In this document: positions 47,461 through 57,589 of the stretch, in pieces
Numbering within the stretch: the stretch's first letter is position 1
How the letters are laid out: every line of letters starts with the position of its first letter
From: Thermoplasmata archaeon
Lineage (GTDB): Archaea > Thermoplasmatota > Thermoplasmata > Lutacidiplasmatales > UBA184
Assembly: GCA_052326445.1 (NCBI GenBank)
Contig: JBKQNC010000017.1
Span: 129,227 to 193,226, forward strand
DNA: 64,000 nt
Direction of reading: 5' to 3'
Program-made: the position numbers and the translations under genes
The notes under the pieces: generated by a model
Told to the model about the DNA's origin: nothing
Seen by the model: the letters and a program-made list of their open reading frames with translations, nothing else
The model's database searches: none

Positions 47461-48123
47461 CTAACGCGCCGACTGCGCGACGCGCTCGACCTCTTCCTTG
47501 CGCCCGACGGCGAACGACGACTGGTCGCCCTTGGCGGCGAGGCGAATCTCGTCGGCGAGACAGGTGTGGATCGGCTTGATGGATTTGTGGGATGCCTGGA
47601 TGGCGCCGAGCGCCAGGTTCCGGATCGCCACGTTGAGTCGACGCGCCGGCGAGGCATCGACCGCACGAGGAACCGAGATCCCTCCGAACTGGAGACGAGT
47701 GACCTCTTCCCGGGGGGCGGCGTTCTCGACCGCATCCACGAGCAACTGGAGGGGGTTCTTGCCCTCCTTCTGGGCGACCTCGTCGAACGCCTTCCGTACG
47801 GTCGCGAGGGCTTTCGACTTCTTGCCCGTGAACTTGCCGCCCTTCATCAGGCTGTTCGCGAGTCGCTCCACGAGATGCATGCGCGCCTTCAGGAACGGCC
47901 GGCCGGCGAGCTTCCCCTCCGTGTGGGGCGCGTAGATCGGGTGGATGTAGATGTACGGCAGGAGGCCGGGGTCGTGGACCTCGACGCCCTCGAACGGGTA
48001 CTTCCCGAACAGCGGGGGGAGCGGGAAGGGAGGGGGCGGGTGGGCCACGGTGCGTACGACGGTGGGACCGGCGTCCTCGCCGGGGATTTCGGCCGAATAG
48101 GCCGGTTCGCGCGGGCCGCTCAT
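47461..48123 (-). CDS. rps7: 30S ribosomal protein S7
   Basis: [37 protein letters not shown]. Confidence 0.96.
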   Translation of the reverse strand: MSGPREPAYSAEIPGEDAGPTVVRTVAHPPPPFPLPPLFGKYPFEGVEVHDPGLLPYIYIHPIYAPHTEGKLAGRPFLKARMHLVERLANSLMKGGKFTGKKSKALATVRKAFDEVAQKEGKNPLQLLVDAVENAAPREEVTRLQFGGISVPRAVDASPARRLNVAIRNLALGAIQASHKSIKPIHTCLADEIRLAAKGDQSSFAVGRKEEVERVAQSAR

Positions 48124-48554
48124 CGGGCCGGCTTCTCCTTGCGTCCTCGGACGAGCTCGTCGAGAGAGGTGCCGTTCACCTGGATCACTTTGTACCGGAC
48201 GCCGGGGATGTCTCCGTAGGATCGTCCCATACGCCCTCCGATGCCCTCGACCAGCACCTCGTCGTGCTCGTCAATAAAGTTGATGGCCCCGTCCCCGACC
48301 GCGAACGCGGTGACCTGACGGCCGTTCTTGATGAGTTGGACCTTCACGCACTTGCGGATGGCCGAGTTGGGCTGTTTGGCCTCGACCCCGACCTTTTCGA
48401 TGACGATCCCGCGGGCCTGGGGGGCTCCCTCGAGGGGGTCGGAGCGCTCCTTCAGGTGCAAAGTTCGTCGCTTATAGTACCGGTCCGACCAGCGTCGCCG
48501 CTGACGGAGGGTCTCGAGACGACCCGCAGTGTTGAGACCAGACGGCGGAGGCAT
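48120..48554 (-). CDS. rps12: 30S ribosomal protein S12
   Basis: [30 protein letters not shown]. Confidence 0.97.
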   Translation of the reverse strand: MPPPSGLNTAGRLETLRQRRRWSDRYYKRRTLHLKERSDPLEGAPQARGIVIEKVGVEAKQPNSAIRKCVKVQLIKNGRQVTAFAVGDGAINFIDEHDEVLVEGIGGRMGRSYGDIPGVRYKVIQVNGTSLDELVRGRKEKPAR

Positions 48555-48619
48555 TTTCGGCGGAGGGGCCGAGCCACAGGGCCCCGCTATTTAAGGTGCG
48601 TCCCGTGGGACTCTCGAGC

Positions 48620-49312
48620 ATGCCCTCCAAGGTCGACCGGGAGAGGATTGGCCCCGCGCCCGCAGGGTTTCCGGACGACCCGCACCACCGCTCCCCCACC
48701 GCCGGAGCCTGGGACGAGTTGCAGCGAGAGATCGAGTCCTGCACGCGGTGTCCGCTCCACACAACCCGTACCCATGTGGTCGTGTACCGGGGCAGTCGCG
48801 CGCCGCGGGTCGTGTTCATCGGGGAAGCGCCCGGCGCGGAGGAGGATCGTCTCGGCGTTCCGTTCGTCGGGCGCTCGGGCCGCTGCCTGGACGCGGCGCT
48901 CGCCCAGATCGGCCTCTCGGCCGAGGAGTTCGGGATCCTGAACCTGATCAAGTGCCGCCCTCCTCAGAACCGGTTCAACGTCGTGGCCGCCCGAACGTGC
49001 CGCCCGTACCTGGACCGGCAGCTCGCCCTGCTCAAGCCGGCAGCCCTCGTCACCCTGGGAGCGCGCGCGCTCGCCTCGGTCGACCCGACCGCCCCCCGCA
49101 TCCTCCTCTGCGCGGGCACCCCGCGGCACGGGCTCGGTCGGGCGTTGTTCCCCTTGATTCACCCCGCGGCCGCGCTTCGGTCCACCCGGCTCGCCCACCG
49201 ATGGGACCGGGATGTCCAGCGTCTCGAGGCATGGCTTTCGACGCTCCGTAGCCGAGTGGCGCGGGAACCGCTTTACGCGAATGCGGGGTCGCGGGGCCGT
49301 GCGGTCCGTTGA
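48620..49312 (+). CDS. udg: Family-4 uracil-DNA glycosylase
   Basis: C..C.L Fe-S motif, GEAPG..ED..G.PFVGRSG, KCRPP.N, HPAA; ATG at 48620. Confidence 0.9.
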   Translation: MPSKVDRERIGPAPAGFPDDPHHRSPTAGAWDELQREIESCTRCPLHTTRTHVVVYRGSRAPRVVFIGEAPGAEEDRLGVPFVGRSGRCLDAALAQIGLSAEEFGILNLIKCRPPQNRFNVVAARTCRPYLDRQLALLKPAALVTLGARALASVDPTAPRILLCAGTPRHGLGRALFPLIHPAAALRSTRLAHRWDRDVQRLEAWLSTLRSRVAREPLYANAGSRGRAVR

Positions 49313-51758
49313 GTTGTTTCTGCTGGAAGGCACGTACCAGACCCAGGACAGCGGGGTCGTGGTCGAGCTCTTTGGCCGGACCAAGGAAGGGCAGCCTCTC
49401 GTCGCGCGCTACTACGGCTTCCGCCCGTACTTCGTCCTGACCGAGCCGACCGACGAGACCCGCGCGAACCTGAAGAGCGACCCCGAGATCCTCGACGTGA
49501 AGGAGATCGTCACGTGGGTCGGAGGCCGGGAACGCCCAGCGATCCACGTCACGCTCCAGCACCCGTTCCTGGTACCCCAGTACCGAGACCGCTACCGGAA
49601 GGCCGGGGATGAGGCGAGCGTGCTCGCGTGCGACATCCCGTTCGTCCACCGGTTCCTCTACGACAAGGGGATCGGCCTCACGATCGCCTTCGACGCCGAG
49701 GACGAGAGCGCTGAGGTCCGGGCGCGCTACACCGTCCCCGACGTGGTCCGCATCGTCACGAGCGACCGTGACATCCGCCCCGCCGAGCCGTTCCGCCCCT
49801 CCCTCCGGGTGCTCTCCTTCGACATCGAGAACGCGATCCGGGCCCGAACGATCTTCACGATCTGCGGAGTTGCGGAAGGAGGCGGAAAGGAGCGGCGCAC
49901 GTTCCGGTTCAGCGACCCGGACGAGCGCAAGATCCTCGAACAGTTCGTCGCGGTCATCGCAGAGGACGACCCGGACGTCATCACCGGTTACAACATCGGG
50001 GGGTACGACTTCCCGCTGATGGTCGAACGCGCGAAGGCAACGGGCCTCGGTGACCTCCAGTTCGGCCGCGACCGGGCCCCTCCAAGCGAGCTCGGCGAGC
50101 GGCTCTGGAAGGTCCACGGACGGGTCGTCGCCGACGCCTGGTGGTCCGCCCGTCGGGAACTCCACCCGAAGCAGGAGACGCTTCAGTTCGTCGCCCGGAC
50201 GCTCCTCAACGACTCGAAGCTGGATGTCGACCGCCGCCGGATCGACGAGGAGTGGGCCCGGGACCCGGAGCGGGTGATGGAGTACTGCGAGCACGACGCC
50301 GACCTCGCCCTGCGCATCCTACAGCGGCTGCGCACGATGGAGAAGGCCGCGGACATGGCCACCGTCGCGCGGCTCCCCCTCGAGGAGGGGCTCAACGGAC
50401 GCACCTCCCTGTTCATCGACGCGATCCTGATCCCCCGGGCGGACCGCCAGCAGGTGGGGGTGCCGATGAACCACCGCGCGGGACGCGAGAACCCGATCGA
50501 GGGTGGCTACGTGCACGCGATCCGCCCCGGGATCTACCACTGGGTCGTGGTCCTCGACTTCAAGTCGATGTACCCGTCGATCATCATCGACCGGAACCTC
50601 TGCTTCACCACCCTCTCGCCGGAGGGCACCACGGTCGCTCCCTCCGGGGCGCGGTTCCTCGCGACGTCCGTGCGCCGGGGACTGATCCCCGAGATCCTCG
50701 CGGACCTCTTGGCCGACCGCGACCGGTTCCGAACCGCGGGCCGCACATCGACCTCCCCCGAGATGGCGGCCTACTATGACGGTCTTCAGAACGCGGTCAA
50801 GATCCTGATGAACTCCTTCTACGGGGTCCTCGCCTCGAGCTTCTACCGATTCACCAACAAGGACATCGGGGCGGCGATCACGGCGTTCGCCCGCGAGGCG
50901 ATCACGAATATCATTAAGGACCTCGAGAAGGACGGATACGAGGTCGTCTACTCTGACACCGACTCCGTCTTCGTCCGCTCCCCGACCCTCTCGCTCGAGG
51001 GAGCCCGCGAGTTCGGCGAGGGGATCGCCCGCCGCTTCACGCGCGCCGGGGTCACGTTCGAGTTCCAGTCCGTCTACGAGGCGTTCTTCTCCCACGGCGC
51101 GAAGAAACGGTACGTCGGGCAGAGCGCGTGGCCGAAGTCCGAACTGGTGGTCCGGGGATACGAGACGCGACGGACGGACGCCTTCGACTACCAATCAGAG
51201 GCCCTCATGGAGGTCTTCGGCCTTGTTCTAAAGGGGGATACCGACGGCGCGATCCGCCGCTCCCGCGAGCTCGTGCAGGCGGTCCGGGAGCAGAAGGTGC
51301 CGGTCGAGCGTCTGGTGATCGCCCGAAGCGTCCGGGCGGAAGCGGAGTACAACGAATCGACCCGGGACGCGCTCCCGTTCCTTCGGGTCTACCGGAAACT
51401 TCGGGAAGAAGGGTACGACGTCATTCCCGGGATGCGCGTCGCGTGGATCGTCACCAACTCGAGGAAGAGCCCGCAAGAGGTCGAGCCGTGGGTCGAGGGA
51501 CGACCGTTCACCGCCGTGGCGGATTGGGAGTACTACGCCGACCGGGTCGCCCAGACGCTGGCCCGGGTGACGGAAGTGTTCGATTGGGACGCCGCCTCCC
51601 TCCTGCGGGGCAGCCACCAGCAGCGACTCGGCGCGAGCGAGACCGCGAGCCCCTCCGACTCCCCCGCCGCCCCCGCGTCGCTCGACACACCCCTCGCCGA
51701 GGTCGGTCAGCGGCCGCGCCGCAAGACGACCCAGCGGAGCCTCGCGGACTCGCCCTGA
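49299..51758 (+). CDS. polB: Family B DNA polymerase
   Basis: Exo motifs FDIE, GYNI..YD, YCEHD; Pol motifs DFKSMYPS, K..MNSFYG, YSDTDS, KKRY; GTG start at 49299 inferred. Confidence 0.96.
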   Translation: MRSVELFLLEGTYQTQDSGVVVELFGRTKEGQPLVARYYGFRPYFVLTEPTDETRANLKSDPEILDVKEIVTWVGGRERPAIHVTLQHPFLVPQYRDRYRKAGDEASVLACDIPFVHRFLYDKGIGLTIAFDAEDESAEVRARYTVPDVVRIVTSDRDIRPAEPFRPSLRVLSFDIENAIRARTIFTICGVAEGGGKERRTFRFSDPDERKILEQFVAVIAEDDPDVITGYNIGGYDFPLMVERAKATGLGDLQFGRDRAPPSELGERLWKVHGRVVADAWWSARRELHPKQETLQFVARTLLNDSKLDVDRRRIDEEWARDPERVMEYCEHDADLALRILQRLRTMEKAADMATVARLPLEEGLNGRTSLFIDAILIPRADRQQVGVPMNHRAGRENPIEGGYVHAIRPGIYHWVVVLDFKSMYPSIIIDRNLCFTTLSPEGTTVAPSGARFLATSVRRGLIPEILADLLADRDRFRTAGRTSTSPEMAAYYDGLQNAVKILMNSFYGVLASSFYRFTNKDIGAAITAFAREAITNIIKDLEKDGYEVVYSDTDSVFVRSPTLSLEGAREFGEGIARRFTRAGVTFEFQSVYEAFFSHGAKKRYVGQSAWPKSELVVRGYETRRTDAFDYQSEALMEVFGLVLKGDTDGAIRRSRELVQAVREQKVPVERLVIARSVRAEAEYNESTRDALPFLRVYRKLREEGYDVIPGMRVAWIVTNSRKSPQEVEPWVEGRPFTAVADWEYYADRVAQTLARVTEVFDWDAASLLRGSHQQRLGASETASPSDSPAAPASLDTPLAEVGQRPRRKTTQRSLADSP

Positions 51759-51767
51759 GCCGCCGCG

Positions 51768-52712
51768 TCACGGTGGGTCGCCCGGCGGCGGGTTCGACGA
51801 CGTCGGCGCGGATTCTCCCCTCAGCGTGAGGATCGCACCGACCACCGCGATCGGAATCCCGAGCGCGGCGACCAGCGGCAGACCGAGATGCAGGACGAAG
51901 GCGCTCAGGAGGAGCGTGAAGACCGGGATGCCGGTCATCAACATCGGCGGAATCACGATCCCGGCCTCCTCGATCGCCCGGAAGTAGAGCCACGGGGCTA
52001 GGAAGAACGACGTGACGCCGGTCAGCGCGAGGAGACCGAGGGCCAACGGCTGAGGCGAGAGGAGCGAAGCGAACCCCCCGGGAAGGAGGGGGGAGACCGC
52101 CACGCTCAGGATCGCTCCCCCGACCATCGTTTGCGCGATGACCGCCGGGGCGGGCGTGCGTTCGTTCTCGTACGCCGAGAGCAGGAAGTAGATCGCCACC
52201 ATCACCGGCACTGCGGCGACGGCGATCCACGCATCGCCGACCACGCGACCGAGGGTTTGGCCGCCGGCGATCGTCAGTGTGCCCCCGACGAGCGAAAGCA
52301 CGAGGCCTACCCCGAACCATCTAGTGCCGATGTTCCCCCGGTGACTCGACCAGAACAGGACAACGAGGACCGGCGTCAGCACCACGTCGCCGATCAGGGA
52401 CAATAGCGAGGTGTCGACCGGCCCGGCCAGGTAGGTCGACGCGAGCACGGAAAGCTGCATCCCGATCAAGAAGGCGACCCGCAACCAGGCCGAGCCCTCG
52501 CCCCAAAGGCGGACGAACGGGCGGCCGTACCCGCGACCTGCGGCGTAGAGGAGATAGGCGATCCCGCCGAAGATAAACGGATAGACGATCGTCGCGGCGG
52601 GACTTGCTCCCGACCGTGCTCCGAGGACGAACGGGTAGTACAGCGCCCACATGAGGGCCGCCACGAGGCAGAAGACGACGGCCCGTTCCCGCACCCTCCC
52701 AATACTGGCCAC
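51768..52712 (-). CDS. DMT/EamA-family transporter
   Basis: About ten TM helices in two repeats. Confidence 0.75.
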   Translation of the reverse strand: MASIGRVRERAVVFCLVAALMWALYYPFVLGARSGASPAATIVYPFIFGGIAYLLYAAGRGYGRPFVRLWGEGSAWLRVAFLIGMQLSVLASTYLAGPVDTSLLSLIGDVVLTPVLVVLFWSSHRGNIGTRWFGVGLVLSLVGGTLTIAGGQTLGRVVGDAWIAVAAVPVMVAIYFLLSAYENERTPAPAVIAQTMVGGAILSVAVSPLLPGGFASLLSPQPLALGLLALTGVTSFFLAPWLYFRAIEEAGIVIPPMLMTGIPVFTLLLSAFVLHLGLPLVAALGIPIAVVGAILTLRGESAPTSSNPPPGDPP

Positions 52713-52765
52713 ACCGGCGGGAGTTCTCTAAGCAGTAAGGATTTACGCCGCGGCCGGAACCGGCC

Positions 52766-53827
52766 TCAACCGTATCCTTCGTAGCGAAGACCGAGGGCGG
52801 GGAGCTCGACTCCCGCTCCCCGAGCGACGTGCCCGACCTCGACCACATCGCGCGCGCCCACCGAGGCGAGTCCCCGAAGGATCGGTGCGACCCGCGCCCG
52901 GGTGGCGACAACGATGAACCCGATCCCCATGTTGAACGTCTGGAACATCTCCTCGTCGGAGATCCCGCCGAGCACCTGGAGCCATCCGAAGAGGGACGGG
53001 GGTGCCGGCCAGTGGTCGAGCACGAACGCCACGTCCTTCCGGAGCCGAACGAGATTCCGCACCCCGCCACCCGACATGTGGGCGAGGCCGTGCACGCCGG
53101 GGTCGTCGGCGATCGCATCGATCCCCCGGGTGTAGATCCGGGTCGGGCGGAGCAGCTCGCGGCCGACCGGGCCCGGACCGCCGGGACGTGGTCGCCGGAG
53201 ATTCACCGAGCCCTTCCGAAGGAGGCGGCGCACGAGGGTGAATCCGTTCGCGTGCAGGCCGTTCGAGGGGATGCCGAGGATCACGTCCCCCGGTCGGATC
53301 TTCGACCCGGTGATGGGAGCCCGACCCGCGGGGAAGAATCCGAATGCGGTTCCTCCGAGGTCGAGCCCGTGGAGGATATCTGGCACCACGGCGGTCTCGC
53401 CTCCCAGGAGCCCGCACTCGGCTGTCCGCAGCCCGCGGCCGAGCCCCCGGCCGATCGCCCGGAAGACGGCCCGCCGGGGGCGGTCACACAGGATGACATC
53501 GACCAGTCCCCCTGTTCGGGCTCCAACCGCGGCGAGGTCGTTCACGTTGACCCCGACGATGTCCTCGCCGACCTCCTCCCACCGGCCGAGCTCCTCCGCC
53601 AAGAGGACCTTGGTGCCGACCGTATCGGTGGTGATGGCGAGGGTCTCCCGACCGATCCGGATCATCCCGGCGTAGTGGCCGGGGGCGGCGACCGGACGGC
53701 CGTGGGCAGTGGGGGGAACGTACCGGGCCGCGCGAACCAGTTCGGCCAGAGCCGCCGAGATCGCGGAGCGATCGACGCCGCTGCGGGCGTACGTCCACCC
53801 GGACTGGCGCGCCGTAAGCTCCTCCAC
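52766..53827 (-). CDS. purM: Phosphoribosylformylglycinamidine cyclo-ligase
   Basis: TYA.SGVD, D.VGTK, NVNDL, GGETA, SNGLHANG, TFNMGIG. Confidence 0.95.
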   Translation of the reverse strand: MEELTARQSGWTYARSGVDRSAISAALAELVRAARYVPPTAHGRPVAAPGHYAGMIRIGRETLAITTDTVGTKVLLAEELGRWEEVGEDIVGVNVNDLAAVGARTGGLVDVILCDRPRRAVFRAIGRGLGRGLRTAECGLLGGETAVVPDILHGLDLGGTAFGFFPAGRAPITGSKIRPGDVILGIPSNGLHANGFTLVRRLLRKGSVNLRRPRPGGPGPVGRELLRPTRIYTRGIDAIADDPGVHGLAHMSGGGVRNLVRLRKDVAFVLDHWPAPPSLFGWLQVLGGISDEEMFQTFNMGIGFIVVATRARVAPILRGLASVGARDVVEVGHVARGAGVELPALGLRYEGYG

Positions 53828-53909
53828 CGTAGAGGGAAGGGTCCGAGCAGAAATACGCTGCGGGCGGTCGAACGGCGTCTTCTAAAGACCGGGCCGTGTC
53901 TCCCCCTCG

Positions 53910-55256
53910 ATGTCCCCCCCGACCCGGCAACGGCCGGCCAACCCACGACGCCGACGGGAGCCCCCCGCTCTCGTCCTGGCGGGGCGGGCCTTCCTCCTCG
54001 GCAAATTGCAATCGGTCGAGATCGCGATCACGGAAGATGGCTGGATCCAGTCCATCGGCAAAGTGGCTCAGGGGGCCCGGTACCACGATGTCGGGGACGC
54101 GGTCATCCTGCCGGCGGCGACCGACCTCCATGTGCATTTCCGCGACCCGGGGGGAAACCCGAAGGTGGAGAACCTCGCCTCCGGGACGATGCAGGCCGCG
54201 CTCGGGGGCGTGGCGCTGGTCGGGGAGATGCCGAACACGACCCCTCCCGTCACCAACCTCGAGAGTCTCCTGGAGAAGGAGGCCCGGGTCCGCGGGCGAG
54301 TGGCGACCGATGTCCTCCTGTACGCGAACCCGAGCGACCCCCGCGCGCTGCCCGCACTCGCGACGCGGGCGGGCGCCTTCAAGATCTACCTGAGCCCCAC
54401 GACCGGCGTGCCGGACCCGCCGGAGGCGAAGGACCTCCCGGACCTCCTCGCCCGGCTCGCGGTGCTCGGACTTCCGGTCAGCGTCCACGCCGAGGACGCG
54501 CCTCACTTCTCTGCTGCCATCGCCCCACGGGACCCGGCCTCCTGGAACGCCCATCGCCCGGCGATCTCGGAGCGGGCGGCCCTGGACCGGCTCCTCCCGG
54601 GCCCCAACGCGCTCCGGCTCCACGTCGCCCACGTCACCACCCCCGAGGCCGCCGAGCGGCTTCGGGTCGCCGGCGTCTCGTTCGAGGTGACGCCCCACCA
54701 CCTCCTCCTGAACGACCGGACGGGCCGCAACGCGTTCACCAAGGTGAACCCGCCCCTCCGGAGCGAGACGGACCGCCGAGACCTCTGGGTCGCGTTCACC
54801 CGGGGCGAGGTCCCGGTGCTGGCGAGCGACCACGCCCCCCACTCGATCGAGGAGAAGGAGCGTCCGTTCCCGCTCGCGCCGAGCGGGATCCCCGGCGTGG
54901 AGACGATGCTGCCGCTCCTGCTCGCGAAGGTGCGGGCGAACGAGGTGCCCCTGCCGGTCCTCGTGGCGGCGGCGTGCGACCGACCGGCACGATGGCTGGG
55001 CCAACCGCAGGGTCGGCTCGCTCCGGGCCACCGGGCCCACCTTATGGTCGTGGATTTCCGAAAGCGCACCATCCTCAAGGCGGCCCACCTGCACGCGCCG
55101 TCCGGCTGGACGGCCTTCGAGGGCCGGGAGGCGATCTTCCCCCGCGAGGTCTACCTGCGCGGAGAACGCATCGTCGCCGATGGCGAATACGAGGGCAAGC
55201 CGACCGGGCAGATCGTGCGCCCCGAGTTCGCCGCCCGCCCGGCGGCTCCGAAGTAG
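53910..55256 (+). CDS. pyrC: Dihydroorotase
   Basis: DLHVHFRDPG, EMPNT.P, HAED, EVTPHHL, KVNPPLR, SDHAPH. Confidence 0.9.
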   Translation: MSPPTRQRPANPRRRREPPALVLAGRAFLLGKLQSVEIAITEDGWIQSIGKVAQGARYHDVGDAVILPAATDLHVHFRDPGGNPKVENLASGTMQAALGGVALVGEMPNTTPPVTNLESLLEKEARVRGRVATDVLLYANPSDPRALPALATRAGAFKIYLSPTTGVPDPPEAKDLPDLLARLAVLGLPVSVHAEDAPHFSAAIAPRDPASWNAHRPAISERAALDRLLPGPNALRLHVAHVTTPEAAERLRVAGVSFEVTPHHLLLNDRTGRNAFTKVNPPLRSETDRRDLWVAFTRGEVPVLASDHAPHSIEEKERPFPLAPSGIPGVETMLPLLLAKVRANEVPLPVLVAAACDRPARWLGQPQGRLAPGHRAHLMVVDFRKRTILKAAHLHAPSGWTAFEGREAIFPREVYLRGERIVADGEYEGKPTGQIVRPEFAARPAAPK

Positions 55257-55272
55257 TCCGCGCCCAAGGGAC

Positions 55273-55974
55273 CTAGGGGGGCAACGCGGGCGGGACCGGC
55301 GGGTTGGGGGACGAGCCCGAGCCGGCGGACGAGGTCGCTTCCGCGAGCGCGTCGGCCCGGCGGACCCGCTCGAAGTAGAGGACGACGAAGTAGACGACCA
55401 CGGCCGCGACGAGGGCGATCAACAGGTAGTCAAGGTACTGGAAGTCGGCCTCCACCTGGGTCCAGTGGACGCCGAGGAGCATCCCCGCGTAGATCAATCC
55501 CAGCGAGAACGGGATCGTGCCGACGAGGGTGAATACTCCGAACCGGACGGGCTCCATCCGGGCGCTCCCGGCGGGATAGCTGATGTAACTTCGGATCACG
55601 GGAACCATCCGGGAAAGGAGGACCGTGCTCTCGCCGTGCAGGGCGAACCACCGGTCGACGCGGGCGAGATGCCGTTCCTGGAGGCGGAACGGGCCGAACC
55701 CGACCCCGGTGATCCGGTCGCGCCACCACCGGCCGACGGCGTAGGCGGCGAACGACCCGATCAGGCCACCGGCGAGGGCGATGGCGATCGCCGGATAGAG
55801 GGGGAACACCCCCGTGACGACGAGGAATCCCGTGAACGGAAGGATGATCTCGCTCGGGATCGGCGGGATCCCGAAGCTCTCGACGACCATCAGGGCGAAC
55901 AGCCCCGTGAGGCCGACCGTGGTCAGGATGTAGATGATGGACCCCGCGATCGTACCCACGAGGGAGAACGTCAC
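55273..55974 (-). CDS. DedA-family membrane protein
   Basis: ES.GIPPIPSE, WF..HG, SR.VP.IRS.IS.PAG. Confidence 0.9.
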   Translation of the reverse strand: MTFSLVGTIAGSIIYILTTVGLTGLFALMVVESFGIPPIPSEIILPFTGFLVVTGVFPLYPAIAIALAGGLIGSFAAYAVGRWWRDRITGVGFGPFRLQERHLARVDRWFALHGESTVLLSRMVPVIRSYISYPAGSARMEPVRFGVFTLVGTIPFSLGLIYAGMLLGVHWTQVEADFQYLDYLLIALVAAVVVYFVVLYFERVRRADALAEATSSAGSGSSPNPPVPPALPP

Positions 55975-55989
55975 GGAGGGCCCGCCCGG

Positions 55990-56262
55990 TTACGACCCCG
56001 GGGGCGCTGGGGCGGCCGGGTCGGAGTAGAGGAGGCGGAAGGGGGCCGGGAGGCGGGCGTTGGTGCGGGCCGGGATCCCTTCGAACTCGAGGGGAGTCTG
56101 GCATCCTCCGCAGGAGACGACGGGGCGGGCCCGTCCGAGGGCGATCGACAGAGCGATCCCGACTTCGATCTCGGTGGGTCGGGAGGGGGCCTCGGCGACG
56201 GCCCGGTGGAGCTCCTCGAGGAGCCGGTGCTCGTCCAGAGGGGGAGCGGGAGTCGACGCCAT
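55990..56262 (-). CDS. Small hypothetical protein with one CxxC
   Basis: Fills the gap between genes; minus-strand TTAAAT about 25 nt upstream of the ATG. Confidence 0.5.
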   Translation of the reverse strand: MASTPAPPLDEHRLLEELHRAVAEAPSRPTEIEVGIALSIALGRARPVVSCGGCQTPLEFEGIPARTNARLPAPFRLLYSDPAAPAPPGS

Positions 56263-56316
56263 CGTTCTCGAAAACGTCGAAGGGGGATTTAACGGGAGCC
56301 GGCCGGGTTACCCCGA

Positions 56317-56964
56317 CTACTTCCCCGTCTCATCGGAGGTGGTCGTGGTCGAAGAGCTGTTCTTGCCAGTCTTGGGGGCCTTCTTCAGGATCTCCCCGCT
56401 GATCTTGTCCAGCTCGGCCATCAGGGAGTCGATGTCGGGCTCGTCCTCGCCCGCCGCAGCACCGGTCGCCCCTCCCGCGGCCGCGCCGCCGACCGCCGCC
56501 GCGCTCGCGACCTCCGGCAGTCCGCTACCGATGTCGTCGGGGGTCTCGATGTAGGACGGAGCCGGGCCCTCCGGGGTGGAGGGGGCCGCTGGGGAGGTGG
56601 GGGTCGTGGCACCGCCCGCGCCGGCACCGCCAGCAGCGGCTCCGGCCGGGGGTTCCCAGGCCGCCGGTCCCTTCCCGCCCTGGGCGGGGGGTCGGCGGCG
56701 GCCGAAGATGAGGTAGGCCGCGAGCAGGGCGACGATGAGGACGGCGATGACGCCGACGATCCACCAGGGGAACGGGGAGCTCGTTCCCGACGAACAGTTC
56801 GAGTACTGGCAGGCGGCCTGGACGGGGACCGCACCGATGTTGGGCGAGAGGGCGGCCGCGACGAGCGTCGCCAGCATCGCGACGCCCAACCCGAGGGGAA
56901 CGGCCCGTTTGCCCCAAAATGACGTCGACATGTAATGGCTCGAATCCGTGGCTGTCGTTTCCAT
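56317..56964 (-). CDS. Hypothetical membrane protein with low-complexity cytoplasmic tail
   Basis: Two hydrophobic segments, RRR stop-transfer, P/A/G-rich linker, C-terminal amphipathic helix; start may be the later ATG (MSTSF). Confidence 0.65.
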   Translation of the reverse strand: METTATDSSHYMSTSFWGKRAVPLGLGVAMLATLVAAALSPNIGAVPVQAACQYSNCSSGTSSPFPWWIVGVIAVLIVALLAAYLIFGRRRPPAQGGKGPAAWEPPAGAAAGGAGAGGATTPTSPAAPSTPEGPAPSYIETPDDIGSGLPEVASAAAVGGAAAGGATGAAAGEDEPDIDSLMAELDKISGEILKKAPKTGKNSSSTTTTSDETGK

Positions 56965-57082
56965 GCGGGACTTCCTATGTAAAGATGACTGGCAGGGGTC
57001 CCGGTTGGATAACCGACATCGGCCGGAGACCCCTGGGGACGGGGCCGAGGCATTTTGAGCAACCGCGCCGCTTCGCGGGGGG

Positions 57083-57589
57083 ATGACGGTCCCCTACCTC
57101 GAGGTCTTTCTGCTCCTCTTGGGGGTGTACCTCGTCTACTCGGTCTGGGCCCGCGTCGACCCGCGGTACCCGATCGCCGCCGCCCTCGGCCTTCTGGTCA
57201 TCACGGCGATCGTGGATGCGGCGAACGCGATCGCCACCGCCAACCTGCTCGCCGAGTACGTGTTCTGCCTGCTGGGCGGAGGCGTGATCCTCCTCCTCGT
57301 AGACCATCTTCGACCCGGCTCCTCCGCGGCGGGCCCGGTCGAGGACTCAGCGGGGACCCGCGGGCCTGAGGGCCCACCGGCCCAGACGTCGGACGAAGGG
57401 GATCTGCCGGCCGATCAGCCCCTCGACCACATGGAGGAACAGCTGGTCCCCCCGGTCGATGCTGCGCGTGGCCACGACGACCGCGATGAAGGCGACCGCG
57501 ACGGCGAGACCCAGGCCCGGGAGAGCCCAGAGAGGCAGGGTCGGATGGAGGAGGGCGAGGGCGATGCCTACGGGGATGCCGGTGACTAG
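57083..57589 (+). CDS. Small membrane protein (three N-terminal TM helices)
   Basis: First ~75 aa hydrophobic; the rest overlaps the flippase on the opposite strand. Confidence 0.5.
   Translation: MTVPYLEVFLLLLGVYLVYSVWARVDPRYPIAAALGLLVITAIVDAANAIATANLLAEYVFCLLGGGVILLLVDHLRPGSSAAGPVEDSAGTRGPEGPPAQTSDEGDLPADQPLDHMEEQLVPPVDAARGHDDRDEGDRDGETQARESPERQGRMEEGEGDAYGDAGD

Noticed and set aside
45235..48554. Absence of tuf/rps10 after fusA as a novelty
   Set aside because: Splitting of the str cluster is common in archaea.
49299..49700. PolB lacking uracil recognition, compensated by the overlapping UDG
   Set aside because: Pocket-like motifs (RPYF, HPxxVP, DIPFxxR) appear retained.
16630..51758. 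Inteins in UvrB, Lhr, RadB, aEF-2 or PolB
   Set aside because: Lengths are normal and there are no C...HN/[CST] junctions or LAGLIDADG motifs.
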